Origin: Escherichia coli
GTDB lineage: Bacteria > Pseudomonadota > Gammaproteobacteria > Enterobacterales > Enterobacteriaceae
Length of the DNA: 64,000 nt
NCBI RefSeq assembly: GCF_041248615.1
Contig: NZ_CP158426.1
Strand: one strand, 5' to 3'
Positions 1 through 11,657 of this stretch are shown here, piece by piece. Numbering within the stretch: the first letter of the stretch is position 1; every line of letters starts with the position of its first letter. The translations under genes and the position numbers were made by a program. The notes under the pieces were generated by a model. That model was not told the origin of the DNA, searched no databases, and saw only the letters and a list, made by a program, of their open reading frames with translations.

Positions 1-1453
1 CGGTCGTACCTCCACCTTCCTGGATGTGTACATCGAACGTGACCTGAAAGCTGGCAAGATCACCGAACAAGAAGCGCAGGAAATGGTTGACCACCTGGTC
101 ATGAAACTGCGTATGGTTCGCTTCCTGCGTACTCCGGAATACGATGAACTGTTCTCTGGCGACCCGATCTGGGCAACCGAATCTATCGGTGGTATGGGCC
201 TCGACGGTCGTACCCTGGTTACCAAAAACAGCTTCCGTTTCCTGAACACCCTGTACACCATGGGTCCGTCTCCGGAACCGAACATGACCATTCTGTGGTC
301 TGAAAAACTGCCGCTGAACTTCAAGAAATTCGCCGCTAAAGTGTCCATCGACACCTCTTCTCTGCAGTATGAGAACGATGACCTGATGCGTCCGGACTTC
401 AACAACGATGACTACGCTATCGCTTGCTGCGTAAGCCCGATGATCGTTGGTAAACAAATGCAGTTCTTCGGTGCGCGTGCAAACCTGGCGAAAACCATGC
501 TGTACGCAATCAACGGCGGCGTTGACGAAAAACTGAAAATGCAGGTTGGTCCGAAGTCTGAACCGATCAAAGGCGATCTCCTGAACTACGATGAAGTGAT
601 GGAGCGCATGGATCACTTCATGGACTGGCTGGCTAAACAGTACATCACTGCACTGAACATCATCCACTACATGCACGACAAGTACAGCTACGAAGCCTCT
701 CTGATGGCGCTGCACGACCGTGACGTTATCCGCACCATGGCGTGTGGTATCGCTGGTCTGTCCGTTGCTGCTGACTCCCTGTCTGCAATCAAATATGCGA
801 AAGTTAAACCGATTCGTGACGAAGACGGTCTGGCTATCGACTTCGAAATCGAAGGCGAATACCCGCAGTTTGGTAACAACGATCCGCGTGTAGATGACCT
901 GGCTGTTGACCTGGTAGAACGTTTCATGAAGAAAATTCAGAAACTGCACACCTACCGTGACGCTATCCCGACTCAGTCTGTTCTGACCATCACTTCTAAC
1001 GTTGTGTATGGTAAGAAAACTGGTAACACCCCAGACGGTCGTCGTGCTGGCGCGCCGTTCGGACCGGGTGCTAACCCGATGCACGGTCGTGACCAGAAAG
1101 GTGCAGTAGCCTCTCTGACTTCCGTTGCTAAACTGCCGTTTGCTTACGCTAAAGATGGTATCTCCTACACCTTCTCTATCGTTCCGAACGCACTGGGTAA
1201 AGACGACGAAGTTCGTAAGACCAACCTGGCTGGTCTGATGGATGGTTACTTCCACCACGAAGCGTCCATCGAAGGTGGTCAGCACCTGAACGTTAACGTG
1301 ATGAACCGTGAAATGCTGCTCGACGCGATGGAAAACCCGGAAAAATATCCGCAGCTGACCATCCGTGTATCTGGCTACGCAGTACGTTTCAACTCGCTGA
1401 CTAAAGAACAGCAGCAGGACGTTATTACTCGTACCTTCACTCAATCTATGTAA
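1..1453 (+). CDS. pflB: pyruvate formate-lyase, 3' portion (CDS begins upstream of window)
   Basis: ORF open from window edge to stop at 1453; C-terminal glycyl-radical region (RVSGYAVRF); followed by pflA as in E. coli. Confidence 0.95.
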   Translation, partial: GRTSTFLDVYIERDLKAGKITEQEAQEMVDHLVMKLRMVRFLRTPEYDELFSGDPIWATESIGGMGLDGRTLVTKNSFRFLNTLYTMGPSPEPNMTILWSEKLPLNFKKFAAKVSIDTSSLQYENDDLMRPDFNNDDYAIACCVSPMIVGKQMQFFGARANLAKTMLYAINGGVDEKLKMQVGPKSEPIKGDLLNYDEVMERMDHFMDWLAKQYITALNIIHYMHDKYSYEASLMALHDRDVIRTMACGIAGLSVAADSLSAIKYAKVKPIRDEDGLAIDFEIEGEYPQFGNNDPRVDDLAVDLVERFMKKIQKLHTYRDAIPTQSVLTITSNVVYGKKTGNTPDGRRAGAPFGPGANPMHGRDQKGAVASLTSVAKLPFAYAKDGISYTFSIVPNALGKDDEVRKTNLAGLMDGYFHHEASIEGGQHLNVNVMNREMLLDAMENPEKYPQLTIRVSGYAVRFNSLTKEQQQDVITRTFTQSM

Positions 1454-1495
1454 TTAGATTTGACTGAAATCGTACAGTAAAAAGCGTACAATAAA

Positions 1496-1522
1496 GGCTC
1501 CACGAAAGTGGGGCCTTTTTTA
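1496..1522 (+). terminator. intrinsic terminator after pflB
   Basis: GC stem AGGCTCCAC/GTGGGGCCT followed by T-run, just after pflB stop. Confidence 0.5.
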
Positions 1523-1644
1523 GCACGAGAGCCTTTTTTGTCAGCTATCTATACTTTAAGGTGACTGCCAAAACAGACTCGACGTAGCCTTCGAGCTGCG
1601 CACCAACACGGCCTCAGATGGGCCACATCTGGAGAAACACCGCA

Positions 1645-2385
1645 ATGTCAGTTATTGGTCGCATTCACTCCTTTGAATCCTGTGGAACCGTAGACGGCCC
1701 GGGTATTCGCTTTATCACCTTTTTCCAGGGCTGCCTGATGCGCTGCCTGTATTGTCATAACCGCGACACCTGGGACACGCATGGCGGTAAAGAAGTTACC
1801 GTTGAAGATTTGATGAAGGAAGTGGTGACCTATCGCCACTTTATGAACGCTTCCGGCGGCGGCGTTACCGCATCCGGCGGTGAAGCAATCCTGCAAGCTG
1901 AGTTTGTTCGTGACTGGTTCCGCGCCTGCAAAAAAGAAGGCATTCATACCTGTCTGGATACCAACGGTTTTGTTCGTCGTTACGATCCGGTGATTGATGA
2001 ACTGCTGGAAGTAACCGACCTGGTAATGCTCGATCTCAAACAGATGAACGACGAGATCCACCAAAATCTGGTTGGAGTTTCCAACCACCGCACGCTGGAG
2101 TTCGCCAAATATCTGGCGAACAAAAATGTGAAGGTGTGGATCCGCTACGTTGTTGTCCCAGGCTGGTCTGACGATGACGATTCAGCGCATCGCCTCGGTG
2201 AATTTACCCGTGATATGGGCAACGTTGAGAAAATCGAGCTTCTCCCCTACCACGAACTGGGCAAACACAAATGGGTGGCGATGGGTGAAGAATACAAACT
2301 TGATGGTGTTAAACCACCGAAGAAAGAGACCATGGAACGCGTGAAAGGCATTCTTGAGCAGTACGGTCATAAGGTAATGTTCTAA
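1645..2385 (+). CDS. pflA: pyruvate formate-lyase activating enzyme (radical SAM)
   Basis: 246-aa product from ATG 1645 ([23 protein letters not shown]); CxxxCxxC motif CLMRCLYC; in frame with track ORF 1618. Confidence 0.95.
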   Translation: MSVIGRIHSFESCGTVDGPGIRFITFFQGCLMRCLYCHNRDTWDTHGGKEVTVEDLMKEVVTYRHFMNASGGGVTASGGEAILQAEFVRDWFRACKKEGIHTCLDTNGFVRRYDPVIDELLEVTDLVMLDLKQMNDEIHQNLVGVSNHRTLEFAKYLANKNVKVWIRYVVVPGWSDDDDSAHRLGEFTRDMGNVEKIELLPYHELGKHKWVAMGEEYKLDGVKPPKKETMERVKGILEQYGHKVMF

Positions 2386-2395
2386 TTTCCCCGTA

Positions 2396-2428
2396 AAGCG
2401 GCAACTTTTTTGAGTTGCCGCTTTTTTA
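2396..2428 (+). terminator. intrinsic terminator after pflA
   Basis: stem AGCGGCAACT/AGTTGCCGCT with flanking T-runs. Confidence 0.55.
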
Positions 2429-2594
2429 TTCCGCGCTGCATAAATAATTCAGAGCTCTATTTCTAACGCCCTTACAGCACAGCTTCCAAATGTATTACCC
2501 AAACCGCCAGTATATGTCCTGCGGCTTGCGCGCATTTCTCGATTATGTAAAAACGGGTCAGATCTGCCAGAGTCAGCGTCACCGGCCACAATAA

Positions 2595-4025
2595 TTATTT
2601 GCTATTCGCTTTACGCGCCAGCAGCGGGAATATCAGCCCTAATCCTACCAGCACAAACGGCGTTGCAACATTCAGCGCCAACTGGAATGTCCACTCTGCG
2701 GTGAAGGCTTCCATTTTCGGGAAAATACCAGTCAGGCAGGCAAAAGCGGTAAAGGCAAAACACCAAATTCCGACGGTCATTGCCAGCGGCTTATTACGAA
2801 TAAAGACATATTCTGGTTTATATTTCTGCGCCAGGCGAACAACTGCAATAAATGCAACAAATACCCATAAATAACGCAGCGGCATCACTACCGAGTTAAG
2901 ATTCAACAGCCATTTATAGAGATTGTTCATATCACCAATGCCGAGAGTCGGTAGCATTATCAGGATCGCCACCAGCACCAGGGTCAGAAAATAGCCATTA
3001 ACGGGCGTACCAGAAGCGTTGGTACGACATAAACTGGCTGGAATATATTTGCTGTCAGCATCGCCTAATAACACTTTAAGCGGCGCATCAATCGAGAATA
3101 CCAGCGCAGCTACTTGTCCCAGGGTATTCGCAATGGCATAAATCACCATTAAAGTATTACCCATGTTGTAATACTCGCCCAGCTTCTGAAAGGCGTAATA
3201 CTGACCGTTAGTCATTAAGTCATCCGGGATATTACGCGAGTCAAACATCATCCCCATCGCCAGTGAGCCCAGAATGGCACAAACCGCAACCATCACCGCC
3301 AGGCATAACATCCCTTTTGGAAATTCTTTTCCTGGGTTGCGCGTTTGATTAACGTAAGGAGAAATCTTCTCTGCTCCGCCAACCGCGAAAACCAGCATTG
3401 AAATAGTGGTAATGTAGGTAAAGTCGATATGAGGAATGAACGTTTCCCAGGTAATGTTTGTGGTCGCAATATGCACTTCAGTAATTGCAGGCGCGGTTAC
3501 CGCCATCGCCACATACAGGAGCGACATAACAAACATCGCAATCCCTGCCACAGAACCGACGATTTTCAGCGATTTCATACCGCGTGAAGCAACCCACATA
3601 AAGAAGATAAACAGCACCAGCGTTAACCCCTGTAACGCTACGACTGAATATTCTTTGATTAACGAACCGTCGCCTTTCATCGCCCAACCGAGCGCAATCA
3701 GTATTGCCTGGGGTTTTTGTGCCAGATAGGGAATATGCACTACCCAGTAGGTCCACGCGGCGAGGTAAGCCAGTCCGGGTCCCATCGTGTGTTTAATCCA
3801 GGTACTGACCCCGCCCTTCCCATCTTTGAAGGTCGAGCCTAACTGACCAACAATTAGCGCATAAGGTGTGAAATAGAGCGCAAAGATAAACACCCATGAA
3901 AAAACAACCACCAGCCCCTGGTTGGCGTAGTTATTAACAACGTTGCCAAAACCCCAGACAGTGATAAAAGACATCAGCGCAATGTTGTACCATCGCAGCT
4001 GTTTTTCCTGAACATTCCCAGCCAT
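2595..4025 (-). CDS. ycaM: APC-family inner-membrane transporter
   Basis: 476 aa from MAGNVQEKQLRWYN; about 12 hydrophobic segments; the longer track ORF (to 4217) has an unsupported N-terminal extension. Confidence 0.85.
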   Translation of the reverse strand: MAGNVQEKQLRWYNIALMSFITVWGFGNVVNNYANQGLVVVFSWVFIFALYFTPYALIVGQLGSTFKDGKGGVSTWIKHTMGPGLAYLAAWTYWVVHIPYLAQKPQAILIALGWAMKGDGSLIKEYSVVALQGLTLVLFIFFMWVASRGMKSLKIVGSVAGIAMFVMSLLYVAMAVTAPAITEVHIATTNITWETFIPHIDFTYITTISMLVFAVGGAEKISPYVNQTRNPGKEFPKGMLCLAVMVAVCAILGSLAMGMMFDSRNIPDDLMTNGQYYAFQKLGEYYNMGNTLMVIYAIANTLGQVAALVFSIDAPLKVLLGDADSKYIPASLCRTNASGTPVNGYFLTLVLVAILIMLPTLGIGDMNNLYKWLLNLNSVVMPLRYLWVFVAFIAVVRLAQKYKPEYVFIRNKPLAMTVGIWCFAFTAFACLTGIFPKMEAFTAEWTFQLALNVATPFVLVGLGLIFPLLARKANSK

Positions 4026-4234
4026 AGACAAATCCTTCGCCAAAATTAAAGGGGCATCTGTAAAACGAGGGATTATGCGCGGCAAATAAGAAGTGCGGAA
4101 ATAGCGAAATGCAAAATTATAACCTGCTGCACATTTTATTTTTAAACGAATAAAATTTGGAATAAAGCAAGTCAGATAGAAGAAACAAAAAAGCAGAGTG
4201 TGAAACAGTAAGTTCACACTCTGCTTGAATTCAT

Positions 4235-5383
4235 TTACACGTGAGCAACGGGTTTCGGCGTATGACCGGCGTTGCGAAGCAGCATCAGCAAATAGATAAA
4301 CGATACGCTGGCGATCATGATAAACAATAAATTATCGGAGAAATTCTGCATTAGCATGGCAGTAAATGACGGGCCAAGCAGACTTCCCACGGTATAGCTC
4401 AACAGTAAGGCCTGGTTCATCGCCACCAGTTGATGATGTTCAACTTTCTCGCAAGCCCATGCCATCGCCACCGGATATAGCGTAAAGCCAGCGGCACCGA
4501 GGATGAATAACGCTGGGGCCATCGCCGCCTGGCTAAGCATCGCGATACTGCCGAGAATGACGACAAAGACCTGAACACGCAACACCAGCAGTCGACCAAA
4601 CTTATCCGCCAGACGTCCAATCGGCCATTGTCCAAGGATACCCGCACTGACCAGTACCGCCATCCAGAAACCAATGCTGGCATTGCTCACCCCTTTGTGA
4701 TTGAGGTACAGCGGCATCAGGCCATATAGAGATCCCAGAACGATTCCTGAGATAATGCAGCCATTCACGCCAAGCCGCGCCTGACGGAGTTTTAGCATTG
4801 ACGTAATTGACGTCGAATCATGGTTTTCAGCCTGCTGATTCAGCACACGCGTAAACAACAGCGGTAAGATCCCTGCCAACGTCAAACCTGTAACCCACGG
4901 CAATACGGACATCAGCTCGGTTGAAACTTTGCTGACCAGTAACTGGCCTAAAAACGTTCCCACGTAATAAACCATCATATACGCAGCAAGCAAACGCCCA
5001 CGGTTACGTGACGTCCCACTGCACATCAGCGCGCTCTCAACAACCACCCAAATCATGGCACAGCCGACGCCGGCGACAAAACGCCAAGCCAACCAGCTCC
5101 AGAATCCAATCATCAGGCCAAGGCCGGCACAGCCAGCGGCAAAAATGAAGGAGGCCAGATAATAGCTGCGGTTAAAGCCAATGCGCTTAATGACATACCC
5201 TGTCAGCAATGTACCGACCAGGTTGCCGGTAAAATAGGATGAGCTGACAACACCTACCTGCCATGTGGACATGTGTTCCTGGGCGAGCCAAAGCGGCACG
5301 AGTGTATTTAACACTGCGATCGCCAGAGTCAACAAAAGCAGGCCAGACAGCAAAAGCATGACAGGCCGGGTATACGTGGACAT
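4235..5383 (-). CDS. ycaD: MFS transporter
   Basis: 382-aa multi-TM protein; position between ycaM and ycaC. Confidence 0.85.
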   Translation of the reverse strand: MSTYTRPVMLLLSGLLLLTLAIAVLNTLVPLWLAQEHMSTWQVGVVSSSYFTGNLVGTLLTGYVIKRIGFNRSYYLASFIFAAGCAGLGLMIGFWSWLAWRFVAGVGCAMIWVVVESALMCSGTSRNRGRLLAAYMMVYYVGTFLGQLLVSKVSTELMSVLPWVTGLTLAGILPLLFTRVLNQQAENHDSTSITSMLKLRQARLGVNGCIISGIVLGSLYGLMPLYLNHKGVSNASIGFWMAVLVSAGILGQWPIGRLADKFGRLLVLRVQVFVVILGSIAMLSQAAMAPALFILGAAGFTLYPVAMAWACEKVEHHQLVAMNQALLLSYTVGSLLGPSFTAMLMQNFSDNLLFIMIASVSFIYLLMLLRNAGHTPKPVAHV

Positions 5384-5697
5384 GAATTAAAACCGTGAGG
5401 AAGTTCAAATTTCATGCGCATCATGCCACCGCCAAAAACATTGTCAATGGGTGAAAATACGCGCATATCGCAGCTGAGGTATTATCGATTTATATTACTC
5501 ATTCATAACGCTAATGCTGGAGAGACGATTAATCTCATCTGATTGTTTTTAATGATCTAACACAAATTTCATACGCTTCGTTCAGTCGAAAAATTTCATG
5601 GTCACAGCAAACTCATATTTCCCGTCTATGCTTTCAGGGCAATGCATCGCGTCTGACCGATTTCAGACGTACCACTGACTCTCGAAAGGAGAAGAGG

Positions 5698-6324
5698 ATG
5701 ACCAAACCGTATGTTCGTCTTGATAAAAATGATGCTGCCGTTTTGCTTGTTGATCACCAGGCTGGTTTACTTTCCCTTGTACGGGATATCGAACCCGATA
5801 AGTTTAAAAATAACGTGCTGGCGCTGGGCGACCTGGCTAAGTATTTCAACTTACCTACTATTCTTACCACCAGTTTTGAAACCGGTCCTAACGGCCCATT
5901 AGTTCCAGAACTGAAAGCACAGTTTCCCGATGCACCTTACATTGCTCGCCCGGGAAATATTAACGCCTGGGATAACGAAGATTTTGTAAAAGCTGTCAAA
6001 GCGACAGGTAAAAAACAGTTAATTATTGCCGGTGTGGTAACCGAAGTTTGCGTGGCATTCCCGGCGCTTTCAGCCATTGAAGAAGGGTTTGACGTCTTTG
6101 TCGTGACTGACGCGTCAGGGACCTTTAATGAAATTACCCGGCATTCGGCGTGGGATCGCATGTCGCAAGCTGGTGCGCAATTGATGACATGGTTCGGCGT
6201 GGCTTGCGAGCTGCATCGCGACTGGCGTAATGATATTGAAGGACTGGCGACGTTGTTCTCTAACCATATTCCTGATTATCGTAATTTGATGACCAGTTAT
6301 GACACGTTAACGAAGCAGAAATAA
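5698..6324 (+). CDS. ycaC: isochorismatase-family hydrolase
   Basis: 208-aa ORF with RBS GGAGAAGAGG; conserved neighbour of dmsC. Confidence 0.85.
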   Translation: MTKPYVRLDKNDAAVLLVDHQAGLLSLVRDIEPDKFKNNVLALGDLAKYFNLPTILTTSFETGPNGPLVPELKAQFPDAPYIARPGNINAWDNEDFVKAVKATGKKQLIIAGVVTEVCVAFPALSAIEEGFDVFVVTDASGTFNEITRHSAWDRMSQAGAQLMTWFGVACELHRDWRNDIEGLATLFSNHIPDYRNLMTSYDTLTKQK

Positions 6325-6358
6325 AAGAGAACCGGGGCCGAAACCCCGGTTGTTATGA

Positions 6359-7222
6359 TTAGCTTGCGACGGCCATCCCCACGGTCATATGCAAACCATA
6401 GAATACGCCACGACCGATTAATTCCCCTGCCAGAAGCAGAATGAATGATACGGAAAGTAGCGGAACCGCAGGCTGATAACCTTTTAGCTGTGGTGCAATC
6501 CACAAGCACAGGGCAACAGCCAAAAGCACGATCCGCCAGGACATCAGCGCACCATAGTCCGGCACCAGCGCTGCGGCCTGCTGCACAGAACTATGAATAG
6601 TCGCCAGCTCTGCGCCCTGCATCACTGACATCACGCCACTCACTACCAGTGCCAGTACAGAAATGGCTGGCAGCAGACGCATCGCCCAGCCATCGACGCC
6701 AGCCAGACTCAGCAACAGGTAACCCAGTAACGGGCCGCCCATAAACATCGTCAGGAAGAAGCCCATCGGCGTCCAGATGCTGTACCAGGTCGGAACGGTA
6801 TCAATGCTGTTATACACACGCACCATCATCCAGACAAAGATGACGCCAAGAACCATCGTCACTATCAGCCACAGCGTACGCAATGCCGGTGACAGCTTTT
6901 TCAGCATTGCCAGCAACCAGCCGATGCCACCAACAGCAAAAAAGATCGAACCGCTGGCGATTTCGTTACTGAGTGCTGAAGCCCCTACCCGGTTGAGCGA
7001 GTTAAAGGCGCGCATCGGTGAACCAAGATGAAGCATAGAGGCGATAAAGCCAATGCCCATCAGCACCCATAAACCAAACATGCAGGCAATAACACGCTGC
7101 TGGGCTTCTGCTCGCAGGTCGCCTTTGAGCAGCGCCAAAGCCAGAACGATAAAACCACCCGCTACACATTGCCCGAAGACCGTGAAGATCATCAGCGGCC
7201 ATTCATGCCATCCACTTCCCAT
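6359..7222 (-). CDS. dmsC: DMSO reductase membrane anchor subunit
   Basis: 287 aa from MGSGWHEWPLMIF; polytopic; immediately downstream of dmsB. Confidence 0.9.
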   Translation of the reverse strand: MGSGWHEWPLMIFTVFGQCVAGGFIVLALALLKGDLRAEAQQRVIACMFGLWVLMGIGFIASMLHLGSPMRAFNSLNRVGASALSNEIASGSIFFAVGGIGWLLAMLKKLSPALRTLWLIVTMVLGVIFVWMMVRVYNSIDTVPTWYSIWTPMGFFLTMFMGGPLLGYLLLSLAGVDGWAMRLLPAISVLALVVSGVMSVMQGAELATIHSSVQQAAALVPDYGALMSWRIVLLAVALCLWIAPQLKGYQPAVPLLSVSFILLLAGELIGRGVFYGLHMTVGMAVAS

Positions 7223-7223
7223 C

Positions 7224-7841
7224 TCACACCTCCTTCGGGTTTGCCAGATAGCCAGTGGTATCCCCGGTCGGGCGGCTGTTGGCATTGGGTTTGATCACAA
7301 TATTCGGTTTGGTAAAGTGAGCTCGCGGCAACGGCGCAACGGCCGCCAGATCGCCATGTTTTTTACGCAGCTCGTCGATAGGGCCGAAATCCAGCGCCCG
7401 CAGCGGGCAAGATTCAACACAGATCGGCTTTTTCCCCTCCGCAACACGGTCATAACAACCATCGCATTTGGTCATATGGCCTTTCGTTTCGTTATATTGC
7501 GGTGCGCCATACGGGCAAGCCATATGGCAGTAGCGGCAGCCAATGCACACATCTTCATCGACTACAACAAAACCATCTTCACGTTTATGCATCGCACCAC
7601 TCGGGCAGACTTTAGTACAAGCCGGATCTTCGCAGTGGTTACATGAAATCGACAGATAGTAGGCAAACACGTTCTGATGCCAGACACCGTTATCTTCCTG
7701 CCAGTCACCGCCAGCATATTCATAAATGCGGCGGAAGCTGACTTCCGGCGTCAGATCTTTATAGTCTTTACAGGCCAGCTCGCAGGTTTTGCAACCGGTG
7801 CAACGGCTGGAATCAATAAAAAATCCATACTGGGTTGTCAT
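7224..7841 (-). CDS. dmsB: DMSO reductase iron-sulfur subunit
   Basis: 205 aa with four ferredoxin-type Cys clusters (CxxCxxCxxxCP). Confidence 0.95.
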   Translation of the reverse strand: MTTQYGFFIDSSRCTGCKTCELACKDYKDLTPEVSFRRIYEYAGGDWQEDNGVWHQNVFAYYLSISCNHCEDPACTKVCPSGAMHKREDGFVVVDEDVCIGCRYCHMACPYGAPQYNETKGHMTKCDGCYDRVAEGKKPICVESCPLRALDFGPIDELRKKHGDLAAVAPLPRAHFTKPNIVIKPNANSRPTGDTTGYLANPKEV

Positions 7842-7851
7842 CGGTTACTCC

Positions 7852-10296
7852 TTACACCTTTTCAACCTGAACAAGGTTTGTATGTGACGGATTCCCCTTA
7901 GCGAGAGGAGACGGACGTTGAGTGGTCAGTACGTTGATACAACCGCCCTTATCGACACGTTTTGCATCCGGGTCATACCAGGCACCTTCACCCAGTGCGA
8001 CCACACCCGGCATCATTCGTGGCGTCACTTTCGCCTCAATATGAACCTCACCACGATCGTTAAAGATCCTGACTTTATCGCCGTTGTTGATACCGCGTTT
8101 TTGTGCATCAAGCGGGTTGATCCACATTTCCTGACGGCAAGCTGCTTTCAGCACATCAACGTTGCCGTAAGTTGAGTGAACGCGAGATTTGTAGTGGAAG
8201 CCAGTAAGCTGCAGCGGATATTGTTTGTTCAGCGGATCCTGATAACTTTCAAAGCCCGGCGTATAGATCGGCAGTGGATCGATCACATCGCCTTCTGGCA
8301 ATTCCCAGGTCGCGGCAATGTCAGCCAGCGCCTGCGAATAAATCTCAATTTTACCCGATGGCGTGGTCAGTGGATTTGCCTGAGGATCTTCACGGAAAGC
8401 TTTATAAGCAACGTGGTGCCCTTGTGGGTCGCGCTTTTTAAAGATCCCCTGCTTGCGGAACTCTTCAAACGTTGGCAGTTCAGGAATCGCTTCCCGCGAC
8501 TGGGCATACAGATGCCGCATCCACTCTTCCTGTGTACGGCCTTCAGTAAACTGTTGCTCAACGCCAAGACGTTTTGCCAGTTCGCTGGTCATTTCATAGA
8601 TGGTCTTACATTCAAAGCGCGGTTTAATCACCTGATCGTTGAAAATCACGTAAGACATATTCCCGCAGGATGCATCCAGTGCAAAGTCCATCTGTTCGGA
8701 AGCGGTGCAGTCAGGCAGCAGGATGTCAGCATATTTCGCTGATGAGGTCATGTGGCAGTCGATAACCACAATCAGCTCGCACTTCTTATCATCCTGAAGG
8801 ATTTCATGGGTACGGTTGATTTCAGAATGCTGGTTAATCAGGCAGTTACCGGCATAGTTCCAGATCATTTTGATCGGCACATCCAGCTTATCTTTCCCGC
8901 GCACACCATCACGCAGCGCTGTCATTTCCGGGCCACGTTCAATGGCATCGGTCCACATAAACATCGAAATGCTGGTCTGGATCGGGTTTTCGAGGGTCGG
9001 CATACGGACAAACGGTAAGCTGTATGAACCTTCACGCGCGCCGCTGTTCCCCCCGTTAATACCAACGTTACCGGTCAGAATCGCCAGCATCGAGATAGCA
9101 CGGGTTGCGATTTCACCGTTAGCGTGACGCTGCGGGCCCCATCCCTGGCTGATAAACGCCGGTTTGGTACTGCCGATTTCACGAGCCAGTTTGATGATTT
9201 TGTCTGCCGGAACACCGGTGATTTGCGAGGCCCATTCCGGCGTTTTAGCCACGCCATCTGGCCCTTCACCCAGAATATAAGCTTTATAGTGACCATTTTT
9301 CGGCGCACTGGCTGGCAGTGTTTTCTCGTCGTAGCCAACGCAATATTTATCGAGGAATGCCTGATCCACCAGGTTTTCGGTGATCATGACATACGCCAGA
9401 CCGTTAACCAGTGCGGCATCTGTTCCCGGACGAATGGGGATCCACTCATCTTCGCGCCCGGCTCCGGTGTCGGTATAGCGCGGATCGATGATGATCATGC
9501 GAGCATTAGATTTCTGACGCGCCTGTTCAAGATAGTAAGTCACCCCACCGCCACTCATTCGCGTTTCGCCAGGGTTATTACCAAACAGCACTACCAGTTT
9601 ACTGTTTTCGATATCCGACGGGCTGTTACCATCTGCCCAGCCGCCGTAGGTATAGTTCAAACCTTCCGCAATTTGCGCGGAAGAGTAGTCACCGTAATGG
9701 TTCAGATAACCGCCGCAGCAGTTCATCAGGCGAGCGACCAGGGTATTTCCCGGCGGCCAGGAGCGGGTCATGGTGCCGCCCAGCGTACCGGTGCCATAGT
9801 TCAGATAGATAGACTCGTTGCCGTACTCTTTGATCAGGCGCTGCATATTGGTCGCGATGATGTCGTAGGCTTCTTCCCAGCTAATGCGCTCGAATTTGCC
9901 TTCACCGCGCGCCCCGACTCGTTTCATCGGATATTTCAGGCGGTCCGGATTGTAGACACGGCGACGCATGGAACGCCCACGCAGACAGGCGCGCACCTGG
10001 TGCAGGCCGTCATAGTTGTCATCGCCGGTATTATCCGTTTCAACATATTTAATTTCACCGTCCACAACGTGCATACGTAGCGGGCAGCGACTACCACAGT
10101 TAACTGTACAGGCGCTCCAGATAACCTTTTCGTCTGATTTTGTTGGAATGGCGCTATCGACAGCGTGCGCAATCCGACTAAAAGGTAATGTTAATGCGCT
10201 GCTGGCCATTGCCAGGCCGCCGATCGCTGTCGTTTTTACCAAACCACGGCGACTCACCTCAGCAGCCAATACCGCATCAGGGATTTTCGTTTTCAT
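7852..10296 (-). CDS. dmsA: DMSO reductase catalytic molybdopterin subunit
   Basis: 814 aa; N-terminal Tat signal (SRRGLVKTTAIGGLAMA); molybdopterin oxidoreductase architecture. Confidence 0.95.
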   Translation of the reverse strand: MKTKIPDAVLAAEVSRRGLVKTTAIGGLAMASSALTLPFSRIAHAVDSAIPTKSDEKVIWSACTVNCGSRCPLRMHVVDGEIKYVETDNTGDDNYDGLHQVRACLRGRSMRRRVYNPDRLKYPMKRVGARGEGKFERISWEEAYDIIATNMQRLIKEYGNESIYLNYGTGTLGGTMTRSWPPGNTLVARLMNCCGGYLNHYGDYSSAQIAEGLNYTYGGWADGNSPSDIENSKLVVLFGNNPGETRMSGGGVTYYLEQARQKSNARMIIIDPRYTDTGAGREDEWIPIRPGTDAALVNGLAYVMITENLVDQAFLDKYCVGYDEKTLPASAPKNGHYKAYILGEGPDGVAKTPEWASQITGVPADKIIKLAREIGSTKPAFISQGWGPQRHANGEIATRAISMLAILTGNVGINGGNSGAREGSYSLPFVRMPTLENPIQTSISMFMWTDAIERGPEMTALRDGVRGKDKLDVPIKMIWNYAGNCLINQHSEINRTHEILQDDKKCELIVVIDCHMTSSAKYADILLPDCTASEQMDFALDASCGNMSYVIFNDQVIKPRFECKTIYEMTSELAKRLGVEQQFTEGRTQEEWMRHLYAQSREAIPELPTFEEFRKQGIFKKRDPQGHHVAYKAFREDPQANPLTTPSGKIEIYSQALADIAATWELPEGDVIDPLPIYTPGFESYQDPLNKQYPLQLTGFHYKSRVHSTYGNVDVLKAACRQEMWINPLDAQKRGINNGDKVRIFNDRGEVHIEAKVTPRMMPGVVALGEGAWYDPDAKRVDKGGCINVLTTQRPSPLAKGNPSHTNLVQVEKV

Positions 10297-10466
10297 AATG
10301 GCTCACTCAAGCTTGCTCACGATTGATTCCAGTAACAAACCGTATTGTGTAATTATTTCTATAGCAGTTCGCTATATAGGCTTGTATACATCGAATAATT
10401 TGAAAATCAAAGAGATAGGTAGATTTTCACTCGAAAGTAGTATTACGTGTAAGTGAGGAGTAATTA

Positions 10467-10480
10467 TTGTTCGGTATCAA
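10467..10480 (-). promoter_or_regulatory. FNR-type site (TTGAT-N4-ATCAA class) in dmsA promoter region
   Basis: reverse complement reads TTGATACCGAACAA, about 170 bp upstream of dmsA ATG. Confidence 0.45.
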
Positions 10481-10491
10481 AGGGAGACAAA

Positions 10492-10506
10492 AAAAGCGCC
10501 CGCAGG
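10492..10506. repeat. attL core (direct repeat AAAAGCGCCCGCAGG)
   Basis: identical 15-mer at 50468-50482; GGTACTTA at 10516-10523 mirrors TAAGTACC at 50456-50463. Confidence 0.55.
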
Positions 10507-10592
10507 AGATTTAACGGTACTTACTCCTCTTGCTGATTTCCTTATTTTTCAATAAGTAAACAAAAACAAGGGGAGCAAATTATCACAAATAA

Positions 10593-11588
10593 TTACTGGT
10601 CGATGGACAGTTTATGGACACTTTCAGCCAGCGGATTAAAGCTGATCGCATCCTGTAAAAAGTCCGGTGAAAAATGCGCATACGTCATCGTTTGCTGAAT
10701 CGTGGCGTGACCCAGGATCCTCTGCAACGTGACGATGTTCCCGCCGTTCATCATGAAATGCGTGGCGAACGTGTGCCGCATGACATGCGTGGCCTGCCCT
10801 TTGGGTAAGTCGGGCTTCACCTCCTGAAGGATCTCCCTGAAACTGAGATAATCAACCTGATATAACAGGCCGGTCCGGCGGGTTTTAATTAACGGCACAA
10901 CGGAATCAGCTACAGGAACCGAGCGCGATTTCCCGTTCTTTGTGTTAAAGAACGTCACCCTGTTACCCACGATGTGTTCCCCGCGAAGCGTTGACGCCTC
11001 TTTCCATCTGGCCCCGGTCGAAAGGCACAGAATGGCAATGCGTCGTGCATCACCCTCAAGCCGTTTCAGAAGGCGATCAATCTCGTCATCTGAAAGAAAG
11101 GCCATTTCTGTATTCTGAACCTTGAGTTTACGTATTCCGCGCACAGGGTTTTCGTTATGATAAACCTCCGCGTCAATTAACAACGAAAACATCGCAGATA
11201 AGGCGCACAGGTCGCGATTGATACTGGACGGCATCAGTCCCGCCTGCAACTTATCCGAGCGATACTCAATCACGAATTTTCGTGTCATCTGGCTGGCGCG
11301 CGGGTCCCCCATTTCACGTATCACCTTCTCCAGTCTGGTTCTGTAGGTATCACCATATGCCTGATTACGACCATCAAGCATCCACCACACCTCAATCAGT
11401 TCTGATAACCGCCGTTGATCGGCGGGCCTTGCCTGCCACGGGTTATTGTGGAAATTCTGAAGAACGTATCTTTCGAATTCCTGCGCCTTTGATTTCAGGG
11501 TGAAAATCTTACGAATCCGCCTTCCTCCCGCCCCCTGAGGCCTTACATCAACCTGATAACGTCCGTCTTTGAGTTGCTTAATCGACAT
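10593..11588 (-). CDS. int: P2-type tyrosine integrase
   Basis: 331 aa from ATG with SD GGAGGTG; N-terminus MSIKQLKDGRYQVDVRP and C-terminal HxLRHxFAT...Y catalytic region; resemblance to P2 Int is from memory. Confidence 0.9.
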   Translation of the reverse strand: MSIKQLKDGRYQVDVRPQGAGGRRIRKIFTLKSKAQEFERYVLQNFHNNPWQARPADQRRLSELIEVWWMLDGRNQAYGDTYRTRLEKVIREMGDPRASQMTRKFVIEYRSDKLQAGLMPSSINRDLCALSAMFSLLIDAEVYHNENPVRGIRKLKVQNTEMAFLSDDEIDRLLKRLEGDARRIAILCLSTGARWKEASTLRGEHIVGNRVTFFNTKNGKSRSVPVADSVVPLIKTRRTGLLYQVDYLSFREILQEVKPDLPKGQATHVMRHTFATHFMMNGGNIVTLQRILGHATIQQTMTYAHFSPDFLQDAISFNPLAESVHKLSIDQ

Positions 11589-11657
11589 GATCAGCACCTC
11601 CGACGGATAAACCTGTTAACCCCTGCTTACTGAACGCCGCCCGTTCAATATACAGCG

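Noticed and set aside
688-7646. Antisense or overlapping ORFs within pflB, pflA, ycaM, ycaD and the dms genes (e.g. 688-927, 1648-2088, 7053-7646)
   Set aside because: Fully embedded in well-supported host genes on the opposite strand or alternate frame, with no RBS or motif support.
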